Source: Negaprion brevirostris (taxonomy: Eukaryota). Taken from it: a stretch of 64,000 bases of DNA. Location: the NCBI GenBank assembly GCA_030324005.1, contig JARDVH010000124.1, positions 17,795,323 through 17,859,322 of the forward strand, in the 5' to 3' direction. A model generated the notes under the pieces. That model made no database searches. It worked only from the letters and a program-made list of their open reading frames with translations, and had not been told where the DNA came from. This document shows, piece after piece, positions 36,961 to 50,620 of the stretch (positions within the stretch are counted from its first letter, which is position 1; every line of letters begins with the position of its first letter). Made by a program: the position numbers and the translations under genes.

Positions 36961-38984
36961 TGCTCCATGTTTACAAGAACTGGAAAGAAATACAGAACGT
37001 AAATGTGAGGCGAATATCAAAATCACCGCAACTGAAAATTGTAAAATGTTTCGGGTCTTCTCAAGGGGTTTAATGCATATGGTCGATATGAATGGGCCTT
37101 TTTAACATTGGCACAATGGAATGCACTGTTAAATGGTTAAATATTATGATTCAAGACAGCGACTCGATTAATCTTATCTTCCAATTCCATCACAGAGAGA
37201 AAATATTTCTCTTATTTTTAAGGGTCAGAACTTCAGTTATGACTTAATGTTTATTGAGAGTGACCGGGTCCACACATCAAAGCATGTTCTAGACCCACAT
37301 TGGAGTTTGGTTTGAAGTTCTAGCGTGCTATGAATCTACTCGGTTCCACACTAATCCCACAATGAAGTAGCGGTTGTCAAAATCTACAGCCCCAGCTTTA
37401 TGGTTTGGTGAGGGTTGAACGCTGGGCAAATTATATTTTATTTCATCCCAAATAAAAGCACCTAATATGGGTCACCGTGAATTACTTTGAATTATTCATG
37501 TATTCTCATTGACCTCAGCCATGGTTCGAATTGAAGTACTGTATTAATAGCATGGAAAATAATTTCCTTCCTAATTACTACATCATGTAATATGTACTGA
37601 AAATAATGCAAATGGGTCTAGCTGTATATTCGGAAACAAATAACAGGCTATGCTTTCGGTACTGTTTCAGCTGTTTGTGTGGACACTCTTCCGCCCATCA
37701 CCCGCTCAGTGTTACACTTCATTACAAGACAAGGATCAGGGCTAGAAAATAATTCAAATCGAAAAGAAACGCTGCCCTTTCTCTGATGCATTTTACAAAC
37801 AGGTTTTGCACTGACACATAATTTTAAAAAGTGTAATTTAGATATCTGTTGCCAACCCGTATTTTACCAACAAGAAGCGTCACAATTAATCAAACAGCAG
37901 GTTTGTCGTCTATTCGTGTTACGTTTCTTACAGTACACCAGAGTTTTCATGTATTTAGTCTATCCGATTTTGGGAAAACTAGAAATGAGAGGGATCCTAA
38001 TTATGTTTAAACGCTTGCAGCATTAGTCTAATACATAATTGCATTTTTAAAGCTTCGCCGATATACTGTAACTTTCTATGACGTTAAGTGATTTTTTTTT
38101 AAATGTTGCAATGGGCGAAAATGTTAATTACTATGTTGGTCTCACGGAAGCTTTGGACGGTAATTAGGATATGCCGACACAGCATTAACTCCATTTTTAA
38201 AAAATCATCAAAAGTAACCATAAATTATTAAACGTGTGCTGATTCAGATAAATAAAAATCAATTTTCAAAGCATAATTAAGGGAAAAAAACACATTTACT
38301 CATCAGACATGCCGTGGCTTCTCATGGTTCGGTCGTTTGTCTGTTGTTTGACTTCAAAGTGGCTATGTACATTTTGACATAATTGAACTCCCTTTTAAAT
38401 CCATAGCTGACATACAGTCAACCATTACCAAAAAAGTAAGATTTTTTCAGCGGAGAAAGGAAACTTTTCTGGGAATGGAAACTGATATTGCCAGCACCTA
38501 ACTGTATTTGTTTATATTTTTGATTAGTAAAAGCGACCAAAATAATACCTATTTTCGAATTGCGTATAAAATTTTACTTAATATAACATCGCTGGCTGGT
38601 TCTTTGGTGTTTATTTATTTCAGTGGCCCCTTGGTATATGAACAATAACTCCGAAAGTGACTAGTAGAAATGTTGTGGAGAACTATGTCAAATTATATAT
38701 CAAATATGTCCGTACTGTTATTATTTTTTAAAACACGGAATGACAGTTAATGAGTTCAACAACCGTGATTATTTGCTATCCTACACTTCATTGCCTCCAT
38801 CCCCTTCGCCACAAAGTTCTTCCCTGCAGACTGAGTTTCGCGTTAAATTCAGCCATAGTTGAAGTGAACTAACCCGGATATTTACAAAAAGAGTATCAGC
38901 TACGCTATCCTCTATTGCTACACTCAACCTCTCAGGTCAACTTTGTTGCCCATTATCGAATGAAAACAGACTGTNNNNNNNNNN

Positions 38985-39053
<69 letters not shown>
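38985..39053. repeat. (TG)n microsatellite next to a gap
   Basis: Perfect TG run. Confidence 0.97.
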
Positions 39054-39057
<4 letters not shown>

Positions 39058-42000
39058 ATGTGTATTTGAGTCGATTGCTAAGCAGCTTACTTTTTTCAAC
39101 AGTAGGTTTATAAAGATCTCCAAAATGATTGTACAACCTCAATAGTTTTGTGAAGATGTTATTATTCAAAAATAATAGTCAGAGCAGTCAGTTAATAAGT
39201 ATTCATAGTGACCCCAGTCAAGAATTTGCTTGTTGTTCTCATAAATCATGAATACAACTTCACTTGAAGGCGCCGGTAGTATTTTATGTTCTTAATTTCT
39301 TCAAATTGCCATTGACTTGGAACTACTGAAAAAAGTCACCATTAAGTAAATCAATCTTTTTTTCCAAGGTGGGTCAAATGAGTTTTACAGAACCTTGTTT
39401 GGTGAAGAGAGATGATGTCCTCGCTTCACCCAGTCCACCTTAGTTAGGCCTCCACCAGGCAAATAAAAAGAATATAAAATGTTTGCTCTAACAGAACACA
39501 CATTAGTGGCTATTGGGGTACAATTAGATGCCTAAACGTACCACTTAATGAGGTGTATGGACACTAAATAATGACAAATGGATTTTAGTGTGCAGTGAAA
39601 AATGCTCAGGAGCCCTTGCTCTCCAGCCAGTGGACATTGAGTACATGGAAACCAAGCTATAACCCTTTCAAAATGCAACACGTGCCATGGTTTATGGTTT
39701 GGTGACGTGTTCTGGAATAAAATTGTAACTTTGGTCATAACATAGGAGTGTTTTGTACGTGAGAACTTCAAACCACATCTAGTGTTAAATCACTCAGACA
39801 CTTCAAAATATCAGCTAGAGTAAGCAAACCAGCTAATTCAGCATGATATATTCATTTAATGCAATTTCTATGCAGCTGATTCAATTGTTCACAATTAAGC
39901 TTTCTAAAGTAAAACGTAAACATTTGCAACCTTAATATAAACTAGTCCACACAGATAAAATATTTATATGGTAAGGTATGAAGTCAGATATGTGACACCC
40001 ACAGAGGAATGGATAGATTTCTATGTTTGTCAGCATGTTGATATATCCCCAGTGCCGGATTATAGCCTATTTGTTACTAATGAGGTAAATACAATTATAA
40101 AATACGAATCCATTTTAAAATACAAAAAAAAAAATCCTTTTCGCCGGATGCACAGTTTTTAACTCTGTTGTTTGAACACAATTTTCATTCTCGTATAGGC
40201 TGGCATTATCTGTAACTCCCTTTACCTTGTTATATATGTAACACTTTCTCTTTCTACTGTCCCACCGTCTCAGGGCGAGATGAACCTCCCTTTGTAATCT
40301 GGTGTGAAAAGCGGTTCTCTTTTTTGGCTTTATTAATATGACAGAACCCCTCACGGTTTACGTTTCATATCCGAGAATACATAATGTCATCTACCATATA
40401 TTTTCAGTTTCAATTAAAAACAAAGGTTAAAAACAGACGGGTCATCAAATGTAACGTTATTCTGACGCTAATTATGCGAATACAGATTGAATTAAAACGC
40501 CCATGTCATCTTAAGTATGAATATAGCTAATGTTCTAAACATATCTATCCGTCTGTATTCTTTCATGCATGATACACTTACTTGTGGAAAATGAAAAGGT
40601 ACTTGATTTAAAATATTCTGTATCTCTCATAGATTANNNNNNNNNNNNNNNNNNNNNNNNNNNNNNNNNNNNNNNNNNNNNNNNNNNNNNNNNNNNNNNN
40701 NNNNNNNNNNNNNNNNNNNNNNNNNNNNNNNNNNNNNNNNNNNNNNNNNNNNNNNNNNNNNNNNNNNNNNNNNNNNNNNNNNNNNNNNNNNNNNNNNNNN
40801 NNNNNNNNNNNNNNNNNNNNNNNNNNNNNNNNNNNNNNNNNNNNNNNNNNNNNNNNNNNNNNNNNNNNNNNNNNNNNNNNNNNNNNNNNNNNNNNNNNNN
40901 NNNNNNNNNNNNNNNNNNNNNNNNNNNNNNNNNNNNNNNNNNNNNNNNNNNNNNNNNNNNNNNNNNNNNNNNNNNNNNNNNNNNNNNNNNNNNNNNNNNN
41001 NNNNNNNNNNNNNNNNNNNNNNNNNNNNNNNNNNNNNNNNNNNNNNNNNNNNNNNNNNNNNNNNNNNTTGAATTTGAGGTTAAAATACCGAAACAATTTT
41101 TCATGTGTACGCTGTTGGCTGGCTTAGAGCTCTAATATATTTGCGCATAGCGCCACTCAGTGGTTCGTTTTTTTCACGTCTCGATAGAAATGATAAGCCA
41201 ATAAGTGCATTGTTAGCGCCTCACAGAATCACACAAAAAAGAATCAAAACAGCATCGGTGTCTAATGCAGCCTTAAGTACAAGTATTGTCACACCATCAC
41301 AAGTAATTGTGCATGCGCATGTTGGACATGGCCTTGTTTATTAATGTAATCTTATATTACTCTGAAAGATCAGCGCTTATCCTGTTGCCTTTTCGGGAGC
41401 AGTTGGCACAAATGATACGACTTGGCTACATCTTCTTTATTTTAATCCAAGTTTCCTCCACCAATTGAAACAAAAATGTCGTCGATCTATTATAAAACAT
41501 TTTCCGTTATCCGTCACTCACACTTGGACCACCGATCCCAACTCAAATATCATCCAACTCCAACAGGTGATCAGCCAGTTGTCTTTCTCAGCAGCTTTAG
41601 GCGGTTAGAATTTCTCTCGTTTCCTGCTGCGTCGACATGATCTTAATGTGATTAATTGTCTGACAGGCTTTCCCATTTTTATGCTGATTATCCTAAGTCA
41701 GGACCCCTTGCTGAAGTCAATATATTAAATTTGAACTTGAAATTCTGATCAGATATATATTTTTAGGATTGAACATGGGTATGAAATCAAACCCCCATGT
41801 CCAGTCAATTATCCTGGAGTTGTATGCCACCTGAGTTACAATTAATTTGCTATTAACTTACTCAACATGTTACGCTCAGACTCGAAAAGTATGTTGGATT
41901 CGTTTGTTTTAAAGCCAAATCTGCTTCCTTAAAGTGTCAGTAACTTTACTTCTGCTTTGTCTGAAGAATTCAAAGTTGTTACAGGTGCCATGTGTGAACA

Positions 42001-42385
42001 CGCGTTCTGTTTTTGATTTTAACTCTGCTAACTGAAACCTTGTAAAATGCAATCCGCAATCTGCTAATTCCATCACGAGATGTAAAACTTTAGTCGTTTC
42101 GATAACAAGAGATAAAAGTACTGGAGTGTCCTAAATTAATAAATACCGGGCAGCTAAACTCATTTGCATGCTAATGAGAAGTGCAGACGAAATAGTTTCA
42201 CTGGGAACCTATGATTTTTCTGAGCTTTGAGCGAACTAGTCGTGGCGAGTCCAGTGGCAGACAAGTGCTAGATCCAAATGTTGCCATTATTAAGTCCAAA
42301 GAAAGAGCTGGCGACGAAAGTAGTGTCAATAGCATAGGATTTCAGTGCATGTGGACGCCAAATGTGATCATACTTACAAAAGCTA

Positions 42386-42409
42386 GTGTGTGTGTGTGTG
42401 TGTGTGTGT
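42386..42409. repeat. (GT)n microsatellite
   Basis: Perfect GT run. Confidence 0.95.
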
Positions 42410-43329
42410 GCCGCGTGTATGTGTGCGCCGGGATTGACATCGCACGAACTTGTTTTCAACATATTCGATTCATCGAAACACATGTGCAACACTTGTTGTA
42501 GATTTAGCAGAAAGAACCGAGGTGGTGTTCCAATCCGAAGCGACCAGCATAACATGCAAGGGCGAGGGGTTTTTAGATGGAGTTGGTTTCATCGCGTAAT
42601 AAAAACTCTACCGAGTCTGCATGAGAGCAGGTTGGTTTGTCGAGTGGCGCGGCGAAGCTTTCAATTTCCCCACTTTGAACCAGGTTCATAAAACTTTCCC
42701 CGCGGTGAGAAAAGTCTTATCATTCCACTGAATATGTCAGTGAACAGGATGAGGCAATCATGTTTAAAATCACCTTCTCACAAGCAGACCAGACAACGTA
42801 CATTTCTATTACCCCCTATTCCGCAGCCACTTCTCCAAACGAAATATAGGTGTTTCAGCATTTTGAGTGACAAAAGCAGCATAAAGTACTGCAAGGGTCT
42901 TCATTGCTGCGACTGAATTAAACATGACACATGGTTAATCAAACACATGTTGGTGGAATCCGTACAATATAATACTGAAATATGGCACATTTATTGCAAC
43001 CACATATTCACATGACATCATATCAACTGACAATATGCATGAATGGGTGCGTGACAAAGCAAACCATCCAATTTAATTAGCGATTGCGCTTTAAGAAATT
43101 ATAACGCTGTTATCTAAAACTATTTTAAAATATGATTAATCACTTCTGCTCTGTAAAATCATACAGATATTATTTTCTGGAATTTTTGAGTCAACTCATT
43201 GTTATAAATCATTATTGTTCATTTTGACATAAATCCTCTTCTCAATTTTGCCTTTACTAAAAAAATCGTTTTATTTTAGTTGCACTTAGATGGGGCAATG
43301 CCATTTCTGTGATCATTTGTGAACTATAC

Positions 43330-43958
43330 CGTTGCAGCACTGCTGCCTCACAGCGCCAGGGACCCGTTCAATTCTGGCCTCGGGAGGCTCTATGGGGTTT
43401 GTACATTCTCCCCGTGTCTGCGTGGTGCTCTGAGCACCACGCAGAGCACCTCTTGGTGCTCTGGTTTCCTCCCATCGTGCAAAGATGTGCAGGTTAGGTT
43501 GATTAGCCATGCTAAATAGCCCCTTGATTTCGGGGGATTAGGAGGGCAAATTCGTGAGGTTACGGGGACAGGATCTGGGTGGGATTGTTGTCAGTGCAGG
43601 CTCAATGGGCTGAATGGCATCCTTCTGCGTTATAGATTCTATGATTCTATAATTCCGGCGTTGGGTTACTGTCTATATGGAGTTTGCACGTCCTCCCATG
43701 TCTGCGTGAGTTTCCCCCAGATGCTTCGGTTTCTTCCCACAATCTGAAGATGTGTAGTTTAGGTGGATTAGCCATGCTAAATTGCTTCTTACTGTCCGGA
43801 GATGTGTAGGTTAGATGCATTAGGTATGGTGAATGTGTGGGGTTACGGGAATAGGGCGATTCGGTGGGCCTGGGTGGGATGCGCTGTCGAGAATCGGTGC
43901 GGACTCGATGGGCCGAATGGCCTCCATCTGCACTGTAGAGATTTTATGGATTCTATAG
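43330..43958 (+). mobile_element. Tandem pair of tail-A V-SINEs (43330-43650; 5'-truncated 43651-43958)
   Basis: Two V-domains and two tails (GATTCTATGATTCTAT; GATTTTATGGATTCTAT) arranged head-to-tail. Confidence 0.88.
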
Positions 43959-45124
43959 TATGCTTAATAGGAAACTGGACCATTGATCTCAACACCTCCA
44001 GAGGTCCTGTCCTTTCTTAGACAGATCCATGAACATTGTTAGAAGGGTTCGGATTCAGATCCTGAACAGAAACGCGCCAATATGTTTTCAATTTAATATT
44101 GTTCCTCTCTCAAACAGAAATTGCTCGGAGAGCCAATGGATACTGGTTTCAGCGAGAGAGCACATAGACAACCAACCGAGTTCTCTTCAGCTCCTGTTTC
44201 TAGTGCAGAGCAGTGTGTATATGTATCTCCATTCCTTAGCATGCCAATGCCTTCTTCCTTTTAGAAGCAACTCTAATCGAGTCGTAGGCATATATCCTTC
44301 TTTCAGGGAGCCAATGTATTCTTTAAAGGGAACTTTGGTNNNNNNNNNNNNNNNNNNNNNNNNNNNNNNNNNNNNNNNNNNNNNNNNNNNNNNNNNNNNN
44401 NNNNNNNNNNNNNNNNNNNNNNNNNNNNNNNNNNNNNNNACTTTGGTGGCGATAATCGCTGGTGTTTGGGAGTTGGTTGGCAGGTTTTTAGGCAGGTCCT
44501 CTTTTTTTCTCCAGAAGACTGAAAGATAGGTTGGGCTAAAGTACAAGGTAACAGCTTCGATGGCGAGAAGTCAGTTTGCTGCTTGCCGAGCCTAGAGAGG
44601 TGGCTTTGTTTAGCGTCGTTTTAAACGTAAATATTTAACACTGTCTTAGTACTTGCAGTAAATTTGGTTTCAATGTGTAGACAGGACCTAACAGTTCCAT
44701 TTCTTGCAGTCACTCAACTAATATCTGTAATCTGAGTTGAACTCGCAACCACTAATAAAAGATACCGGCTTCTAGAGGAGATCTGCGCTATTACTTCATA
44801 ATTCTTGGAATGTATCTTTGAAAAGTAATTGCCTTGCTCTTTTGAAATAAAATATAACAATTTTTTTAAAGTAGATCATTAATTAGTCCGGTCCAGTCAT
44901 TGTCTTGGATGCTTGGCCCAGGATTTCCAATTGGTCCGGTCTTGTGCAATGCTTCTGGTGTCATTTCTTGATGCAACTCACATTCCGAGACTGAGTGTCA
45001 TCTCACTAAAACAAAACCTCAAACTGCACTCACTCATCCATATCGGTATTGGNNNNNNNNNNNNNNNNNNNNNNNNNNNNNNCAAAATACATGAAAAAGG
45101 CACTTATTTTATTTTGCAGACAAT

Positions 45125-45235
45125 AAACTTACATTTACATAGTACCTTTCAGAGCCTCAGGATGCCCTAGAGACCTTTATAGCCCATTAATAACTTTTGA
45201 ATTGTTGTCGCTTCATCTAGGAATGTGGAACTAGC
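45125..45235 (-). mobile_element. Deu-SINE/L2-type 3' tail relic
   Basis: cttacatttacatagtacctttca..cctcaggatgccc..ctttatagcccattaataacttttgaa parallels 56715-56850. Confidence 0.55.
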
Positions 45236-46179
45236 ACCCTATCCTTTTTAGTTTCGGTTAATCATTGGTACGTGCCCACCTTTTGTATGATTTATAATTT
45301 CAACTTGGAGCAGATAAGATCATATCTTATTCTTGTAGCTGTAGGGTCTTTAGTCAATGATCAGCCCTCCTTGTATTGTCTTTAATCCCACTCCCTCCCT
45401 TCGGCATCTGGAGAAAGATTTTCACAAATCATTTTGGGTATGCTGAAACTAACCTGTTGAAATGGCCTGGGGTTCACATACCATTCCCCATAGATTTATG
45501 GCTTCCTACTTTACAATATTTCGATTGCCTTCTAAGCACGACATTTGGGTGTTGATGGGGTTAGACGGAAACATCAACAGAACGGGAAATGTATGAGCAG
45601 TCTCAGAGTAAAATTCCAGTGCCACCGCCTCCTCCACCCACCCCCACCTCCCCCGTCGGCAGAGTTAGTAGAATAGGGAGAGAGAAAAACCTCCANNNNN
45701 NNNNNNNNNNNNNNNNNNNNNNNNNTGTTACTTTCGCCACACATTCCACATAGAATTTCGATTTTTCGCCTTCTGACTGACTCGAATGTGTTTGTTGCAT
45801 GATGCACCATCATATCCACATATTTTTCCATCGCATGAGAAACTTAGTCAGTCTTTTCCTGTCTTATCAAGACAATGACTACCCTGTCCGAATGTGTGGC
45901 GAACAACCCACGTGTCCCACATATAGTTAGAAGAATCTTATTCCGGCCCTTTAGGAAATTATTGCCGCAATCGCTAAGATGTTGCGAGACTAATGCACCA
46001 CCACAAGCAGAATATATATCAGTAGAGCTTGATATCATGGCTGTGATGGCTCATGGAGATGTTGTTTGACGTGTAGTGTTTATGCCATGCTATTTGACTA
46101 TTTCTCAGAATAGTCCGATAAGATATCTCCAACACAATATTCATTCCCTATGCTCTCCGACCTTGCTTTCCTCCTTGTA

Positions 46180-46290
46180 GACCCTGCTTAACACCCACCT
46201 TATTGACCAAGCTTTTGGTCGTCCAGCCATGGCTCATGATATTCCAGTGAAGCCCTTTGGGGAATTTAATACAAGCTGCTGTTGTTACTG
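46180..46290 (+). mobile_element. Old L2-like LINE 3' tail
   Basis: cttaacacccaccttattgaccaagcttttggtc..gtgaagccctttggg..tacaagctgctgttgtt. Confidence 0.5.
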
Positions 46291-47059
46291 TGTTTAATCT
46301 TATTGTTCTAACCCAACGTTTTGAAACTATTCAAACTGTAAGTCACAATAAGCAGGGTTCTTTCATAACATATTGCAGGAATCTTGGCTGGATTAAAGTT
46401 GGCTTTAGGTAGTGTAATTGAAATTGAAATAGTTTCCTCCTTTATTTTGAAACATAGACATATTATTTTCCTATTTCTATGCTATGCCTACTCGTCCTCT
46501 CTCTTTGCCCTTAATATGGCAAATTGGATATTTTGTTCAGTCTAACCTTAAATGTTAACAACATCGTGACGCCTCGAGGTCGAAAGCTTTATATGTTCAG
46601 GACGAAACAAGCATTTCTCCTGTTTCAGTTTGTTGCGTGTTTGATGCAGTTACTGTATTTACACTTACAGGAAGGAGATAATCTTCTTTATCAGTTCGAA
46701 AACTCTTACGGTCACATAGGCTTCTGTTACACATGCTGGCTCTTCAATACATTATCTCAGTAATGTTCAATTGGCAGCTTGCTGGTCTGAATATAATATT
46801 TTCTACTGCTTCTTTGATAATAGTGATGAGTTGGGAAGGCCAACGTAATTGGCCATGAATTCAGTGGAATTGTAAGTTCCAATACAAAAAGGCATAAGTA
46901 CATACTCATGTTGGCTATTTGGAAATAACTATTAATAAATGAATGAGAAATAAACATACCACGGGCAAAGTATATTTGAAACAGATATATGTTTTAACCG
47001 ATCAAACAGTTAACCATTTGTTTCCTGGGCATTGTTTAATTTAGGAAAAATCTGGTGAG

Positions 47060-47475
47060 TTTTGTGTGTGAAAGTGTGTATGTGTGTCTTTCTGTATGTC
47101 TAATTGTGTGTGTGTGTGTCCATGCCTGTGTGCCTGTGTGTCATGTGTTTCTCTATCTAAGTGTATAACTGACATGTGTATGCGCGTTGGTGTAAATATG
47201 ACTGTCATCTGTGTAAGGTGTGGGACCATAGCTCAGTGTGTGTGTGATGCTGTGTTCGTGTGTCTCACTGATTTTTGTGACCAAATGTGTAGTTGCATGA
47301 GGTTAGTGCGGGTGTCTTTTATGTATAATAAGTAATCTATATATGTGAAACATTTGCAGTTGTATCAATGTATGTCCGATATTTGTGTTTGTATCTTTGA
47401 GTGACTGTTTTTGCGCCTGACTGTTTTATGTGTTTATGGGAGAGGGAGATTCTCTCTGTGATCTTGTGTGTGTTA
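47060..47475. repeat. Degenerate (TG)-rich low-complexity tract
   Basis: Interrupted TGTG runs; explains the Cys/Val-rich ORF. Confidence 0.8.
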
Positions 47476-50400
47476 TAACTACATAACACAACAGATTAAA
47501 TCGCTTAATTGAATCTATCAGCCACCTTTTCCAGGATTTTAAGAAGATTAGTGCCGTCTTCGTTTTAGACGAAAAATGCGTTCATTCATCATTAATTAAT
47601 GAGCGCCGTTTCCACACTGCTTACCACGCTGTGGACATTGTGAAGAACAACAGGAAAAGGCACGGCTTGCAATTTAAAATATATCTAAAATGTCAGATGA
47701 GCGGTCATGCCTTTTATATGGGCCTTTTTGTTTGAAATGTATGTTTAAAACAGCAGATCAAAATTGAAATATATACTGTCTATTAAAGAAATTAACACAT
47801 TTAAATCTGAAGATTCCAGCAGTAACAGTACAAAGCTGAATATTTCACATCAACAGTACACTGATGTCCAGACTCTAGATAGTTAAAGCAGTAGTTGAAT
47901 TCTGAGTGTTTTTAATATATGCATTACAATTTTAACAGAGGAATGAGAACAAACTGCGGTTGAGTGTGAGTACGACACTGTATGGTAAATAGATTATCAT
48001 TATTTTATCAGTCAGGAAGTGTGAGGGGAAGAGCAGGGGATTGGGACTGCAAGAACAAGGAAGTTTTAGCACTTCCCGCCAAACCCTCGACAGTCTTACA
48101 CTTTGGATGCATATTAGTGACTTATCAGCCCGTGTGAAATTGAGTCTCCGGTAACTTTCATTCCAACCTTCCGTCAACGTCCAATGAGTCACATCGTCGT
48201 CAGTGTCTGCGCCTGTCAGCTTTACAAGGGGAGCTGTTAATTGTTGCTATCGGTAAAATGACAGGGAAATAATTTCCAGTGAAAATATTCGCGTGAGTAA
48301 ATGTATCCAACAATTACAAGGACAGGCGCGGTTTTATGTCTAACATATTTAAGTAACTAACGTTTTTGAACGAGGTTTTCTGAAAAGGCGACAGCTGGAT
48401 GCAGCGACTTTCCATCAAAAAACGGCAATGTGAAACTTTGCAAACTTGAAGAGGGCTATTGTCCGTTAAAGTAAAGAGACACTAACTAAGGACAGCGTTC
48501 ACCTAATGTTAATGTTCATGAATAACATCAATAACATCTAACTAGCCACATTATATTGTGAAATGAAACAATAACTTTTTCTGCTCTTTTGCAGATTTGG
48601 TTCGCCACAGTTCAACGTGTTTGAACTCTGCAATAATATGTGGAGAGTCCTCACAACACAACACGGAAAAATAGACTATTCAACCCTCAGAGAATAATCC
48701 CAGTCTGTCTTCAACACCCAACCCTGTTGTTTAGTAACGTACTCGGTCTCTTTTATGCTGACGATACCCTGTGCCAACAACTTCACACAGGTTCATTGTT
48801 GACCTCTCTGGAACTTATGGGTGTCAACATTGGTGTGTGCGGTATGTATGTATGAGGTGTTTTCATTTGTCGTTGTTTCTAATGCACCGTGGTCCATATT
48901 TAAACTTGCAGTTTTGACTGCAAATATATCAATGTTGTAATTGAATTTGATCCGGAGATGTGTTTGTGTAGCAATATCTGCCACGTGATCTCAATAAATG
49001 TCATTGATACTGATTGACCCTTGTTATCTATCTTGTACAGTGTTGTTTTTTTTTTGCAACCTTCACTGGACAATGCGCTGCACTAAAATTAGCTGGCGAG
49101 ATGGAGACAGATCTACATTTAACCGCACAAGTGGCGTGAAGTCGGATATCTCATTAGGGATTCCTGCGGCGGAGATTCCCCACTGCACACACAAAAAGTG
49201 ACCCAGTGGGTCAGATACCGTTAGTAGTGTACAATTATAAATCCTGACTCTTAGGTAGCCAAAAGGAAATATTTATAGACCACTGGAACACGAGATCTTA
49301 TAATCGGGAAAGCCCAAGAATTAACTTCAATCTACATATGAACTGGTTCGAATTCTTTAATTAAATCCTTGCAGTCTTGATTCTATTTGTCTTATTCCCT
49401 CAGATTTGCACCATGTGTGTAACCTGCTCAATATTTTCATTTCTCCGCGTACAATTAAGCAAGTCTTACTTTGCACAATCTGACCCTCTCCACTGTTTTT
49501 TACATGTATTGTAATCATTAACACATGTGCGAAATCCTCGTTGTCGTGTTTAGAAAGGCACTACACCATGAACAGCGTTCCTTTACCCCATGGCTACACT
49601 TCCTGTTCATTGTATTTCCTTTGACCCTCTGTGCTTAATTTAGCATTCAATCGGTGGTAACTGCCATTTATTTCAAACGGGGGAGGGGACACAGGGGTCC
49701 TATCTGTCCATATCAAGCACTTTGTTTGCAAACATAGGACAATGTCACGAAACGTTCGATTTAGCAATAGTAACGCTCTTTACTGTGAAAGGTAAGTTTC
49801 ACAGAGCATACATATGCAGTGCCTCTGTTGTTTAGATATCCTATGGGGTCTGTGTGGGTCTAGTTAGTAGATGACAGTTAGTGATCTCTCCGCACTCACA
49901 TTCTAACAGCCCTCAGTGTTTTTATTTTGCTACGGATCCCATTCCATCTCTTCCCATTTGTTCATCCAGACCCAGAACGCAGAAACACGAGAAGGTGACT
50001 TCAGGGTAAAAAAACAAGGGCAGTTCTGCGTATCTGTCACTTTAACACGGTTAAATTGCAGAACATTTAGTTTTATGCTCTGCTTTTCCACAATATGAAA
50101 GAGACACCATAATCCTTTAGGAGATCCTTCGTGCAACTTACTGTTGACGCGAGGAGTACCACTCATGAATGGATAAGCAAACTGGACTTCTTTTTAAAAA
50201 GTGTATTAGTCTGGTAAATGGTCTTCGGTTGGAATTCAGATCTCAGGGAATAGTGCCCTTCCACTGATGTGTGAGGTCTCAGTCGGAATAGCTGCAAGTT
50301 TCTGTTTTTGAAACACACCCCTCACCGTTGTCCTGCTTAAATCAAAAGGAGACTGTGCAATTGCATGCAGCAGGCAAGGCATTGAAAATGATCATGTGTT

Positions 50401-50496
50401 TGAATGTCATTGTGCAACAAAGCACATACCAAGATATACGCTTGTTAGCAAGTATGGGTGTGAAAGTGATTCTGTTATACAGCATGTACATAGGGA

Positions 50497-50620
50497 GATT
50501 TGATTTTGATCTGATTTATTATTGTCACATGTTTTAACATACAGTGAAAAGTATTGTTTCTTGCGCGCTATACAGATAAAGCATACCGTTCATAGAGATG
50601 GAAACACGAGAGTGCAAGCA
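50497..50620 (-). mobile_element. Rex1/Babar-like LINE 3' UTR fragment
   Basis: Near-identical to 54452-54540; (AATCA)n tail. Confidence 0.7.

Noticed and set aside
40569-41135. Long ORFs of 150-190 aa (also 24880-25461, 44029-44529)
   Set aside because: Their length comes from N runs.
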